Of a stretch of 64,000 nt of DNA, positions 1 to 12,285 are shown in pieces. Below the pieces are notes generated by a model, which made no database searches, was not told the DNA's origin, and saw nothing but the letters and a program-made list of their open reading frames with translations. Each line of letters starts with the position of its first letter. The first letter of the stretch is position 1. Source of the stretch: Takakia lepidozioides (Eukaryota; Plantae; Bryophyta); NCBI GenBank assembly GCA_030704615.1, contig CM060731.1, forward strand, positions 44,268,001 to 44,332,000. The letters are read 5' to 3'. Both the position numbers and the translations under genes were made by a program.

Positions 1-589
1 TTTCAGGTTGGTGGGTGCAAGAAAGGAAGCAAAAGGGCTGATTCTCTTGTGGTGAGAGTGGGGCATGTGTGGAGCATGCCTTCAGTCCATTGGGCTTTTG
101 TTTTCAAGCTTTAGAGAACTAGAAGAGAAGGTAAGGGGCTGATTTGCTCTTATGTGACAGTCCGACACTTGTAGAGCGTGTTCTTAGTTGGGGTTTCAAC
201 CTCAAGCCTAGATAGAGCATGGCTCTTGAAGTGGCAGATGTAGGGGGCTGGAATAGGCTCTAAAACAGATGCTATGGCTAAGGAAAACGCTTGAATGAGT
301 GCTCACAAGGGCTGGAAACCAGCAAGGCTTGGTTGTTTGCCATTGAGTTTAGTGGCGTGTTTGGGGAGTCTAAGTGAGAAAGAAGGCTTGGTTTGTGGCA
401 ACCATCTTCCTCATGGCTTAGGGCTACTATTGGTGGTGTGTGGGAGCCGAAAGAGCAAGAATACCTTGCTGATTTCTTCACAGCCGCCATAGCTCGGTGC
501 AAAGAAGCCTAGAGTCCAAGAGACACAAACCCTAGCTTGGCGTGGCTAAACCCCTTGGAGAAATGGCTAAACTACCATGAGTGGTCATG

Positions 590-1030
590 GATAGGGCTGT
601 GAGGGGCTGTGACAGGCTGTTCCCTGTGGCTGTGACAGGCTGTGACACGTTGTGATGGGATGTGAGGGGCTGTGACAGGTTGTGGCAGGCTGTGACAGGC
701 TGTGCCATGAGGCCTGTGGGGCTGTGAGGGGCTGTGAGGGGCTGTGACAGGCTGTGCCCAGTGGCCTGTGGGGCTGTGAGGGGCTGTGAGGGCTGTGACA
801 GGCTGTGGCCTGTGGCCTGTGGGGCTGTGACGGGCTGTGACAGGCTGTGATGGGTTGTGACAGGCTGTGCCTGTGGCCTTTGGGGTTGTGATGGGCTGTG
901 ACAGGCTGTGACCTGTGGGGCTGTGACCCTGTGACCTGTGTAGGGCTGTGACAAGCTGTGGCATGTGTGGGGCTATGACGGCTGTGACCAGTGAGTTGTG
1001 TGGGCCTGTGCTGGTCTGTGGTGGCCCGTG
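590..1030 (+). repeat. Degenerate ~10-bp tandem repeat (GGCTGTGA[C/G]x core) upstream of the retroelement gag
   Basis: Dozens of GGCTGTGACA/GGCTGTGAGG units. The low-complexity ORFs 532..954 and 572..964 are artefacts of this array. Confidence 0.9.
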
Positions 1031-1745
1031 TTGACCTGTGGACGGCCGGTGCTAACTCGTGGAGGCACTGGTGGACTGCCTAAGGACTGGCATGTGGTCT
1101 TGAAGGCCGAATTTTGAAGCTCGTGGAGGGCGGTTTGAGGAGTATCTTCATGATATTCCCATGGTCATGCAAGTGAGGGAAGAGAGGAGAGGAAGAGTGT
1201 TGGGATGAGGGCATGCTAGGGTTAGGCATTGCTTTAGCTTCTCTTCCTCGTAGTTTCCACCCTCTCATTAGGCCAAGACCTTTCTATAGGTGGCGGCAAG
1301 AGTCAGTCCGGGATTGGGCTCGGATGTCCTTGCAGGAGCAACACCGTGGAGTTGTTTTTGGTGTTGGGGAGTTGTCGTTCTGATTTCTTGTGTTTGGATC
1401 CCCTCCATACCTGCATGCTTGATTGTGCGCCATGCTAGTTTTATGTGGGCGCTTGTTTTTATAGGTGATTGGTCCGGATTTGATCACCGGCCAGTCCTAG
1501 AGCATGCTGTCGATGGTGAGGCTGGGGTGATGACCAGCCAGACCATCATTGTTTCTCCTGTGGTGAGGTTGGAGGTGATGACCAGCCAACCATAGGAGTG
1601 CTTGCGGTGGATGCAGGTACAGGTGTAGGCTATGTTAGGAACCTAGTATTCCAAACCATAAGCCGCAACAAGTTCTCTACCCGGTGACCTTGTGGAGAGG
1701 GGGTTAGGGACATGTTCATAACCGGTTGAATGACAGTTTGTCAAC

Positions 1746-4700
1746 ATGGAGGTGCCACTAGTTGCTGGGAACAATGCCGGTTCGAGCATTAGCGATACTA
1801 GTGGGTATACGAGACGAGGTGTGCGGTTTAGGCCACCTTCACCTCCTGTGTCTTCTACGGAATGTTCTAATTCGGATTGTGAATCAGGATGACTTATACC
1901 GGCGGTGCAAGTTGTTTCCTTGCCATTGTTGTGGGACACAATGGAAGAGATGTACGGAGCTATCAAGGGGCCACGAAGGTACTATGGGGCGGTGGGCACC
2001 ATCGAGTTGGATGATTTTATCCAAGAGTTTGATAGTTGGTGTGATTTGCAGCAAATGCGCAATCCACAACTATTTACGCCTTTCATGGCATGGAAGGGGC
2101 TGTTTTAGCACCTTGAGGGGCCGCCTATGGATGATTACCATGAATTCAGGCGGGGGCATGAGGTTGAGATCGAGGAGTGGAGGATGTACTGGTCACCCGA
2201 CTATATCTCCATCACTAGGGGCACTAGAGCCACGAGGGCAGTGGCTACATCTGCCGCTGCACTGGCAGCTTCAGCAAGCAGCAGTGGGACTAGTGGGACT
2301 GGTGGTACAGTAGCTACGACGTCCACCCAAGCCACTACCGCACCAGCACTAGTACCCGTGCCTGCCTTCAACCCAGTTGTGGAGTTCTTCGAAGAGTTGA
2401 GAGGGAACTACCAAGGGGTGAGGACAGAGAAGTTGCGGAGCTTGCAAGAGTTCCAACAGAAGCCGACCGATAGCTTGAGGGAGGCTTTCACTCGCATGAG
2501 GCGCTTGATAAATGTAACCCAAGGGGTTACGGAAGCTCAGGCAGTCCAATTCTGGTATGGGATATTGGACAAGGAGCTGAGGAGAAGGGTGCGGGATGCA
2601 ACTCTCATATAAACGGCCCAACCCACCTTAGCAAATGTGTTTTTGCTGGCAGAGCGGATAGAGCTCAACATGGTGGAGGAACGAGTGGTCATGGTGGGAT
2701 TTGCTAAGGAGACACCACGGGGTAGTGGTGCTCCTAGCCAACCACTACCTCAACGTGCTCAAGGCAATAAGGGGGCTCAGGTGAAGCTCAGGGAAGGGCA
2801 GAGAGGACCTCAGATGCAGGGGTCTCTCCCTTCATTTGCTGGCCAACAACGAGCGGATGTGGTGGCTGGACATGTGGATGACCCCATGTCAAGAAGGATT
2901 GCCCAGAGGGAGGCAAAAGGCCGGCACATGCACAATCTGCACAATTGCAGTGTAGGCATTGTGGCAAGCACGGGCATGGAGAGGCCCAGTGTTATGGTTT
3001 GCATCCTGAGTTGCGCCCAGGCCAGTTCTAAGGGAACAATGGTGGCCGGGGGCGAGGTGGAGCAGCCTAGAGAGGACGAGGTGGCCAGGCACGAGGTGCA
3101 GGCCAAGGGCAAGCTCAACATGGCCAAGAACGCGGAGGTCAGGGTGTTGACCAAGGCATGGCCAACCGGCTTCAGCAGCTAGAGCAGAGGCTCGATGCCA
3201 TGACTACAGCTCAGGTGGTACCGGCTCCAAGGCCGGATGGTCCACCTCCTGCTCCTGAGGGAGGAGATATGAGAGGCATGGGATTCATGTGCGGAGCAGC
3301 ACTACCACTAGTGCAGGTGGAGTCTGCTGTAGCCGTGACTCGAGGAGCAGCACGAGTTCCTGAGCCACGAGGTGCAGAGATGGAGTTGGATCCACAGCGT
3401 GGGGAGGCAAGCCGTCAGGCTAGGCTCCCTCAGTCATTCACATTGGTGGAGATAGTGTCGACGCCATCCATGGCACCTAGTTCTTGCCCAACTGTTACCG
3501 AGGCGGAGGTTACTATGCCATTGGGGAGAGCTACACGGGTAGCAGCACTACCTAGTGTTGCCAAGGCTACGGCAGCTAGTGTGCTGCTGGGAGCGGCCAC
3601 ATCTGTGTGTCAGGCTCCATTGTTCTCGGCTACCATGATTGCGATGCCGGGGGTAAGACCAGCTAAGGTGTTTAGGCTGGTAACTACACTCTATGAGAGT
3701 GGGGAGGTTACTTCATCTTCTGCGGAGATAGTGGGAGGTGTAGTGCTGGAGGGATCCTCAGATTTGAGGGTCAAGACTGCCACGGCGGCGCCATGGCAAG
3801 CTGCAGCTGCCAGGTTGATGGAGCTGCCAGCTAGGCCAGCCAATGCGCGCGCCATGGTGACACCTGGAGTTGTCATGTTAGACAACCAGGATGACATTTT
3901 CTGTTTGAGTGGACCGGCAGGCAAGATGTACCGGCCACTGCGGGTCTTGTTGGACTCGAGAGCTCAGCCATTGATGCTGGGCAGAGCTGCTATTGCAGGC
4001 TTGGGCCTCACAGAGGCGGATATGGAGCCTTGTCCTTTCCAGATACAGACGTCTCTGGGAGGATCGGAGCAGGCTCGGGGCATGACACGGCGTGAGTTGG
4101 CTATCAGACTACGGCTGGATCACCCTACAGATGGCTCAGTGATGCGAGCCAAGGCCATTGTGACAGACGCGGTCTCGTATAATGTCCTGGTTGGTGGGGC
4201 AGTGTTGTACCCCATGGGCTTCACCCTGGATTTTTGGGAGGAGTCAGCTTCCTATAGGCCTGGATGGCAGTCAGGGGAGGGCCGATGTGTGCAGCTCCCT
4301 GTGACATTCATAGGAGGAGTTGCGGTTGCCCAGCGGGGCAAGATGCCGACACTAGCAGCATTCACAGCGGCAGTGAGTTGGCCTGGAAAGTTGCTTGAGG
4401 GCAACGCTCAATCAGAGGATGTGCCACCTCCGAGAGAGCAGGAAGACATGTATGGTATGACGGAGTTGCCTGCCATGGTTGCTCAGACTCCATTGTGGGG
4501 CACGAGCAAGGATTTGCAACGGGTTGCTAATTGACGGGTGCAACAAGCCTGGGTGGAGGCTTTTGTACCATCGGGAGAGGAGGAGAGTGTGGGGATTGCA
4601 CCAGGACCACCTCAGTTGTCTCCATTGGACACCATACCTATTGTGTGGCAATATCCAGATGAAGGCATTTGTCTTCTGGACTTGTTTGGCGGGATCAGCA

Positions 4701-5420
4701 CCGGATTGGCTGCTGTGTTACAGGCAGGTTTACGAGTTCGGCGTTACCTATATGTGGAGAGAGATGAGACTGCACGACGCGTTTCACTTTGCCATGTTGC
4801 TCAGTTGATGCAGCGGTACCCTGAGTTGTTGCCGGTGTCTACAGTTCGTGGATATCAGCAGGCCCTGCCAGCAGACATTTCGTTGCTGGGGGCACAGGAT
4901 TTGGAGCGGGTTGGCTCCATTGATCTGGTAGTGGCAGGTTGGCCCTGCCAAGGGCATTCATCAGCCGAGCATGGGAATGGATTGTGAGACTCGAGGTCGG
5001 GTCTGTTTTGGGAGATGGTGCGGGTTTTGCGCCACTTGCAGCTTCATCAAGCTGTATCTCCAGCATACATCTTGGAGAATGTGCCACTGATGGGCGATTC
5101 TTGGGCCAGGGTGATGGCCAGTGTGCATCAAGTCCGGTCGTGGCTTGGGTCAGCAGTGTTGCTAGATGCAGCTACAGTGGGGTCACGGGCTCATCGTCCA
5201 CGGCTATGGTGGACTAACTTGATTCCACCCGCACTGCTCAAGCGTGCATTTGATGGGGTGCAGCGGCCAGCACATCTCACAGTGGATAGCATTCTGGACA
5301 CAGGGATGCAGTCTCAGCGTGTGAAACACGATGACCGTTCGCCTTTGGCAGTGGTCAACAAGGTGGGTCAACCATGAGCAACACTGCTCAGCTTCCCAGG
5401 ATCGCATGCTTTCCGGGATT
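1746..5420 (+). mobile_element. Decayed LTR-retrotransposon (probably Ty3/Gypsy-like) polyprotein: Gag - zinc knuckles - aspartic protease - C5 DNA methyltransferase, 3'-truncated (no RT/RNaseH/IN visible)
   Basis: ORFs 1905, 2127 and 2637 share a frame with ATG 1746 and are Gag-like (LRSLQEFQQKPTDSLREAFTRMRRL). After one frameshift near 2860 a single frame holds a degenerate knuckle (WTCG*PHVKKDC), an intact CCHC knuckle (CRHCGKHGHGEAQC, from 2951), protease motifs (VLLDSRAQP ... YNVLVG) and MTase motifs. The superfamily is inferred because RT is absent. Confidence 0.85.
4660..5420 (+). pseudogene. Retrotransposon-encoded C5 cytosine DNA methyltransferase domain, DNMT3-like (motifs I-VIII; IX-X missing)
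   Basis: Motif I LLDLFGGISTGL, II YLYVERDE, III ADISLL, IV IDLVVAGWPCQGHS (catalytic PC at 4943-4948), V GL*DSRSGLFWEMVRVL, VI YILENV (5075-5083), VIII LLDAATVGSRAHRPRLWWTNL. Compare DNMT3A [21 protein letters not shown]. Confidence 0.92.
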
Positions 5421-8330
5421 GTGAATAAGTCTTACAGTCTCTATAAAATTTTAGATAACTTTCCACGACATGTTATTCAATTCATTTCGTCTAGGCTTCA
5501 CATCTTTTCCATAATGATGTCATGCAAGTAGCAAGACGATGACGACCGCACGTATATCACATTTTTCGCGATGCCTGGATTCCTCGCTAGTCCACCGCGA
5601 TCTTTTGATCTTTATGTGTATGCACAGACTATGGCGAACCAGTGTTCAGAAAACTCGTCACCTCAATAGCAGTATGCATACTCCCGAAGATATGTACTTT
5701 TTGGGGGCTGGGCTTTTTGTTGATGATGTTGCAGAGGAGATGAGCAATAGTATAGAGAGTATTTCAAGTTCAGGCAGTTCATGTACATGAACAAACTTTG
5801 TGCTTGGTTCCTTACATATGTGTTTGCATATTCCAGTTGGCACATCATCATCGTATTGTTTAGGCTCCAACGACTCATAATCTGCATTTTCAATGTGTGG
5901 TTCTAGGTTCATTCAGTGTTTGCTTTGGATCTGGACCCAGTTATATTTTGAATTGTGCTTTTTGGGCCTTCAATTAAAATCCCATATACCAAAATTTTCA
6001 GGTTGGTATGCATGTGATCTGGATATTCATTTGTGGCAAACTGTTTCCATCCACAAATTATTCGCTATAGTTTTCTTTCCTTCAATGGATCTTGTCTGTT
6101 TTTCCATAGACTCGGGAATAGGGTCAATGATTCAGATACTATCTACGGTTATATGCTTTTCTTTTACTATTCTTGTTTCCTCGTCCAGCTCAAGCATCAC
6201 AAATCCTATTTTGCTATAGGCTCACGCTCGAAGGGTCACGCGAGCATGCTCATCAAAGAACATTCATGTCATTCTCCATATGAAGCATCCAATCCTTTCC
6301 ACCGGTAGAGTTGCCTTCCTATGTAGATAGAACCCATGTCAAGTCTGATCACCTCAAACTTCAGTGGCATTTCCCATTCGCACAAAATTAGGAAAGAGAC
6401 CTTCATCAAGTATTTCCTTACAGAATCAACTTGCTATATGCTAAATCCCCTTATGTACAAAACCTCTATAAAAAATTGGCTTTTGATCTCAACAATGTAG
6501 CATCTTTTAAGAACAGTACCAAATTATTACAATCACCTATGGTACATGTAGATTTCTCCTCCACTAGTGCCACTTGCAAATTTTTGGTTTCTATTCTAAC
6601 CAACTACCAATATTCCAAATGATGTCTGCACATATGAATAGTTGCATTGTAAAGTAAAAATGGGGGCCATGTTTCACCACCCAAGATAGATCTACACGTT
6701 CCCTCTTAAACACATAATCCATTTTTTTATCCCTTCAACCATTCCGTTCACAGGCCCGTGGCGGATGTTCAGAAAAGATGTCGAGACCCCACGTCGGCCC
6801 CGCGCCCGTGGCACCTGCACTTCGTCATCTCGCTTGGTTTGTTCACCATGTCACCGTTCCGTGATCATGATCGACTGATTTATGGCCTGGCTGGGCAGCG
6901 TATGTAACCCACCGTGGACTCGTTCTTATCCTTTCAGTTCATCTCCACAGGGCTCTAAGCATGCCCTCAAACTCTTTTCCTTTCTCTTTCCTCTCTGTTC
7001 TCAACACTGGGCGCCTCCCTCTATCAGTTCGGCCCGCTACTGTGTTCCCCGTTTTACTGTCACCGGATTTATCATGTTCTCGCACGTCAACTCGTTGGAT
7101 CTAGACTCTAAGTACCGATATGACACTCACTGGTAAATATGACTCTGGGCCAGCAACCCACAACACAAAATCCGTCTCAAAGCATAGGCAAACCTGCTGC
7201 ATTTTCCATTCCAGATCATGATCATGTCGTGACAAAAGTACATGCGTTTCTAGTGATATGATCTCTCTTTATGTCATGGTGATGCCCGGCATCCCGTCAT
7301 ATGTCAGCACTGCCTTCTCTTCTCAGTTCTTCCTTCTACTTTGTCTTCACGATGCTAGTAATAAAATCATCTCTAAAGTGATGCATATGTGTTTGCTTAA
7401 CATCGGTAGCTAAAACTCCATTGCTCTACCATCATCAATCTCAAGATCACTGTTGCTTCTCTACATCTCTTCTCTACAGCTTGACCATTACTATAATACT
7501 AAACAATTGCACCTTCATCAGATACACCTGTTGTTTTAAGTGTTTAATACACGGACTAGTGGCTCTAATAATGTCTGGATAATATCAAGAGCCTAAACAT
7601 AATTATCAGCGGCTGCTTAGTCAAGTGCCGTGGCGCTTTAGGGCGGCGGCCCACCAGTCGTCGATCCGCCTAGAATCCAACGCTCTGCATGTTGCCATCC
7701 CTTCATAATCCGTCCTGCCCTAATACTGTTCATTCGTGAGTTCATCCATCTCACTTAGCTACAAACAACGCTCCATACTTATCAACGAAGATCTCCATCG
7801 CTGTTTATTTATATTATGTTCTTCCGTTTGGTGCCAAAAAGTACAGTTTGCATCCTTCACTCATTCCATTTCCCTCCTCGTGCTTCATCCGCATAGGTTT
7901 TGGGATGACCCGCACGTCCATCCATCCTGCTGCCCCTTAGTTTCTCTCCAACTCATAAGCTGTTCGCAAAATCTAGCTTTTTATCATCACCAGTTCTCCC
8001 CTTACAGGACTCCCTTGACCCAAATGCCCCACAAACATAAGCCAATTTCCACCATTTCTCACCTTCACATGTTATACCTAGCTGCAAACAAACAATCATT
8101 TGACATTAATGACAAAGTAACAAACATGCAATGACCTCTAACTATAAGAAACATATGTGCAAAATGGAAACAACCAATTTGCACACTCGGCCCTACAAAC
8201 CCATAGAAGCAACTAGAGAAATGATCAACAATATATGCAAAACATGGACCTTCCAATCTAGTGTGCAACAATTGGGGACAAAATGTGATCAAAATATAAT
8301 TTCTGCAGCCCTAGGAAATCATAGCCCTAA

Positions 8331-8817
8331 CTAGGGTAGCCTGTGCCGTTGGCCCAAATGTCAAGTGTCATCTAAGCCCAAGTACAATATCCTATGTATG
8401 CAAGGGCGTGTCATATGTCGAGGCCCAAGTACAACCTCTAGGGTAGCTTGTGCCGTTCAAGGGTCCAATGTCATCTAAGTCCAAATGCATTTTTTTTTCC
8501 ACAGAGCCTACGACCAGATTTGAACCGGAGACCTTTCCCTTGATATCTCTCCTCTCGAGGCTCCAACCGTTGTCCCAGGAATTCCCACTTGCTATTTTTT
8601 GGGAATTTCCAGCGACCCAAAGTACTTGAAATTCCGCATCTCTCACTCCGCAGGTCCAAAAATCATGAGACCAAGCCCGTGCAACCCTCCTCGTCGAGGG
8701 CTTTCCAATGGTATCAAGCACCAAGGTTGGGGCCTCGTGGTTGGGGACATCTCAAATCTACAAAACAAAACAAACAAACAAAACAAAACAAAACAAACGT
8801 CTCGCTTCATATATTGA
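8331..8817 (-). mobile_element. Non-autonomous Helitron-like element (~490 bp)
   Basis: On the minus strand it starts A|TCAATATATGAAG and ends ...AACGGCACAGGCTACCCTAG|T, an A|T target with no TSD. A second copy of the 3' end (CTAG at 8438-8441) lies inside. A CAAAA microsatellite sits near the 5' end. Confidence 0.55.
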
Positions 8818-10444
8818 TTAGTCAAGCGACGCTAAGTTAATGCAACAAACCAAATGAACAAAAGTTACTTGATTTGTAAAACAAAAAAGATGATGGCAAC
8901 ATCTTATAAGCTCATGCATATGAACCTCCCCTTAGGTAGGAAAAGAGCAAGTCAAAATGTGGAAGTTGTTTCACTTCGGATACGTACTGATACTGTTTGT
9001 ATCACCTTGGACGGACAAGAATGTCATCGCACCACCGGCTTTGCGAACCACCTAGTTGCCAACTGTAGTCCATCCCACATGTTAGGTCAACGTGGTGCAA
9101 CTTGAATTGGTTACTCAAATTCCTATGGTGGTTAGTTTCTAATATTCGTATTTTATAACCGTTAACGTGCAGCAGTACGTGCCATACTTTCAATTGGATA
9201 GTACGTAATATGTTTGATTATGTTCTAACATTATTTTAAAAGTAATTCAACTTTATTCACACATGCAACACCCAATCCGTGCCTTGTAGGAAGTTAAAAG
9301 GTGAATATTCTACACTATTTAGATATATAAAGTAACATACAACAAATGACATATTGATTAGGATACTGTAAGGTCATCGTAAATGGTTGTGGATTCAAAG
9401 TCACATATGTTGGGTGTCACCCACTATGACCAACCCAGCTATTATTACACTAAAAAGAGATAACTGAGTGAACCAATTATTTAATGACAAATGTATGGGT
9501 ATAACCTTGGGATTTTCGAATGTTCGTGTCCTTGGGAAGGGTTGGACAATGTGTTATGATCGTTAGAAGTTAGTATAGCCCAAACATAAGGTTGTAGCTT
9601 TTTAGGGGTGACATGACACCATAAATTACATCTGTTTCAACATAAGTAATTTTCTATATCTATTATTTATTTATTTTTATAAATAAATAATATATTGAAT
9701 GGTTAAGTTGACTCATTTTGTAGATCTCTAGTGAGCTACCCTCGAACAAAAGTAGCAATATCCTTTGGATGAAGTGACACCATAAGTTATTTACTTCAGC
9801 AACATCAACATTTCATAACCAATACTAGCTTATAATGGTGATTATGTAATATTGATCTACATAGCTGGTTTGGACATTAGTCGTTAATGAAAAAGTATGA
9901 AAGGACATATTTTCAGCTTCTAGTGAATATATAGGTCATTGATTTGCCCCGAGACTCTTCAAATCTCTTCCATCCCTTGTAATTTCTCTATCCTAGCTCC
10001 ATTGTCTTTCTTTTTACTAAAGTTGGACTCGATGTGTCTAACCAAGTTTCACTTATTCACGTGAATCTCTAAGATCATCTCATGTTTTATTCCCAACTCG
10101 AATCCTTCTTAGACATAATACTAGTTATATTAAAAATTTAGGTTCAAATGCTTTCAAACCGTTTATCTTAAAAGTGCATACAATTCTTATTTGTCTCTTC
10201 CACAACTATAACCATCAATAGTCTCTTCTTTAAATTGTATAAAGTACAAATGATTGAAATTTTTATGAATCAATTTCAATTAAGTTTCGAAGCTTAAATG
10301 AAGTTATCAAACATTTCATCCCATTTTATCAAGATTTGATCAAGATCTATGAATATTATCAAATTCCGATGTGAATAACAAACAAAACATATGAAACCAC
10401 AAAATTGTTAGATGCTAATGTGAATTGACGTCCATGTCCAAGTA

Positions 10445-11931
10445 ATGGCACAAGGGCCAAAAGCCCGGGTTATCCTCACTCGAGCCACTACTAGAGCTTT
10501 GGAGATGGAGAAGGTGGAAAATTGTGAGGAAACAATGTCCTTCATTGGAGATGCCTCTGAGAGCTTAGTAACTATGGATGCCGCACTTTGGAGCAATCTA
10601 CCTGATCATCTCTTGGATAGAATTTTGGCACGCTTGCCCTTTCCAAGCCTTTTCAGATTCTTCTCCGTTTGCAAGAGCTGGAATGCTATGAAATTCAACC
10701 CCACATTTTTAAACCTTTACATAGACATTCCCACACAGGGACCTTGGTTTTTACTTTTGAGAAATCAGGACTACAGAGAAACATTTACATACAACCATTC
10801 ACTAAATCAATGGCTTCAATTGCTACCCCCCTCTTTTCCTCTAAACCAAATGTTTTTTCCCGTTGCAGCAGCTGGAGGTCTCCTTTGTTTTAGCTCATGT
10901 GCAAATGGGCATACTACTTTGGTGGTGTGTAACCCTCTCACTAAAAGTTGGCGTGAGCTTCCCCCTATGCTTAAGATCCAAACTTATCACATGGCAGGGA
11001 TGTCAGTGGACAAAGTTTCAAGAACTTACAAAATTGTGGTTGTGGGAATCTATGGGATATATGATGTATATTATCCAACAACAGAGGTTTATGATTCTAC
11101 CAACGACTGCTGGCATATAACAGGAGAGATTCCTCGAGGCCCTCTCTTCCCATCACGTCGCACTCTTCTCTCTAACGGAATTTTGTATTCATGGTGTTGT
11201 GACCCCCCTGATGGATTAGTGGCCTACGACCTTCAAGAAGAAGTTTGGAACCAAATTCATGCCCCTATGCGCCACTCTCTAGAGAGCCACACTTTGATTG
11301 AATGCCAAGGATGCATTTATACTGTGGGAGGGTTGCGTGAGAACAGCCTCACTAAGAGTATTTGCATTTGGGAGCTCCAAAGAAATGAGTTGGAATGGAA
11401 AGAGGTAAATGTAATATGTTTTAAAATGATACATCATTGTTTGCATTGAAGTTGTAACCAAACCATATAATTGAATACAAATATTTCATTTGTAAAGTTC
11501 TCCTGAAATTTACATATAGTTCATTTTACTATTTTCATGGATTGTGATCTAGTGTAAACTATAGTATGCTAGACGGAGACATTCTTTTTCTCACAATATC
11601 TTTTACTAACAAAATAACCTATGCATGTACTATTATATACTTTTGCGTCTAATATTATTTCATGCGACATATTGTCTTACGTTAATAGGTGGATCGCATG
11701 CCAGAGATTCTCTGTGAGGAATTTCTGTGTGGGGGAAGGCGGTTTATCTGCATTGGGTCCAATGACCTCGTGTTGTTGATTGTGCGGGGAAGAGATCGGT
11801 TAGTGTTGTTGTATGATTTGACAAAACGTATGTGGCGCAGACTACCTTATTGCCCCTTGACTGACCAAAAATTAAGATATGGACTAATTGATGGCATATC
11901 TTTTGAGCCTCGGTTGGATGCATTTGTATGA
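10445..11931 (+). CDS. F-box/kelch-repeat protein (~400 aa), 2 exons: 10445-11404, 11689-11931
   Basis: F-box WSNLPDHLLDRILARLP...VCKSW and kelch-like segments (AAAGGLLC, VVCNPLTKSWRELP, TEVYDS), C-terminal FEPRLDA. GT at 11405, AG at 11687-11688, phase 0. Confidence 0.93.
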
Positions 11932-12285
11932 GAAATAGAGTTTTACATCATTTCTTGGTTTATAACATGTCAAAATTTTATAATGGAATTATGTATTTTA
12001 TCAAAATTGATAGGATGTATATATAATCGTAGTTGAATTTATAGTTTAAATGTATTATCAATCATATCTATTGGATGTTCTCATCCCAATTTATGAATGT
12101 AATAATTTATTGTGTTTTTATATTATGAATTATTTGAAACATAATATGGACGTTATAGATCAAACATCAAAGATACTATACCACATAACTTGCATTTCTA
12201 AGAACATATTGATGTGGGAAAGAAAAGAGTAATGGAAGCAATGAGCTTGTGTGTGAGAAAAAGAAACAAAAACTTCAGTTAGTAA

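Noticed and set aside
532-964. Pro/Thr/Gln-rich ORFs of 130-140 aa
   Set aside because: They are translations of the GCTGTG minisatellite.
590-1030. CRISPR-like or telomeric array
   Set aside because: There are no unique spacers, the context is eukaryotic, and the unit is not TTTAGGG.
1283-1312. Possible primer-binding site (TGGCGGCAAGAG) and 5' LTR end
   Set aside because: I could not match it to a tRNA 3' end, and no second LTR is present to confirm the boundary.
2850-2870. Programmed gag-pol frameshift
   Set aside because: No slippery heptamer is present and the shift destroys the first knuckle Cys, so it is more likely a mutation.
4660-5420. Host DRM/CMT/MET1 gene or bacterial contamination
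   Set aside because: It is intronless, in frame with a retroviral-type protease, has non-permuted motifs, and is contiguous with plant genes.
8500-8590. tRNA gene
   Set aside because: It has a B-box-like motif only; no convincing cloverleaf.
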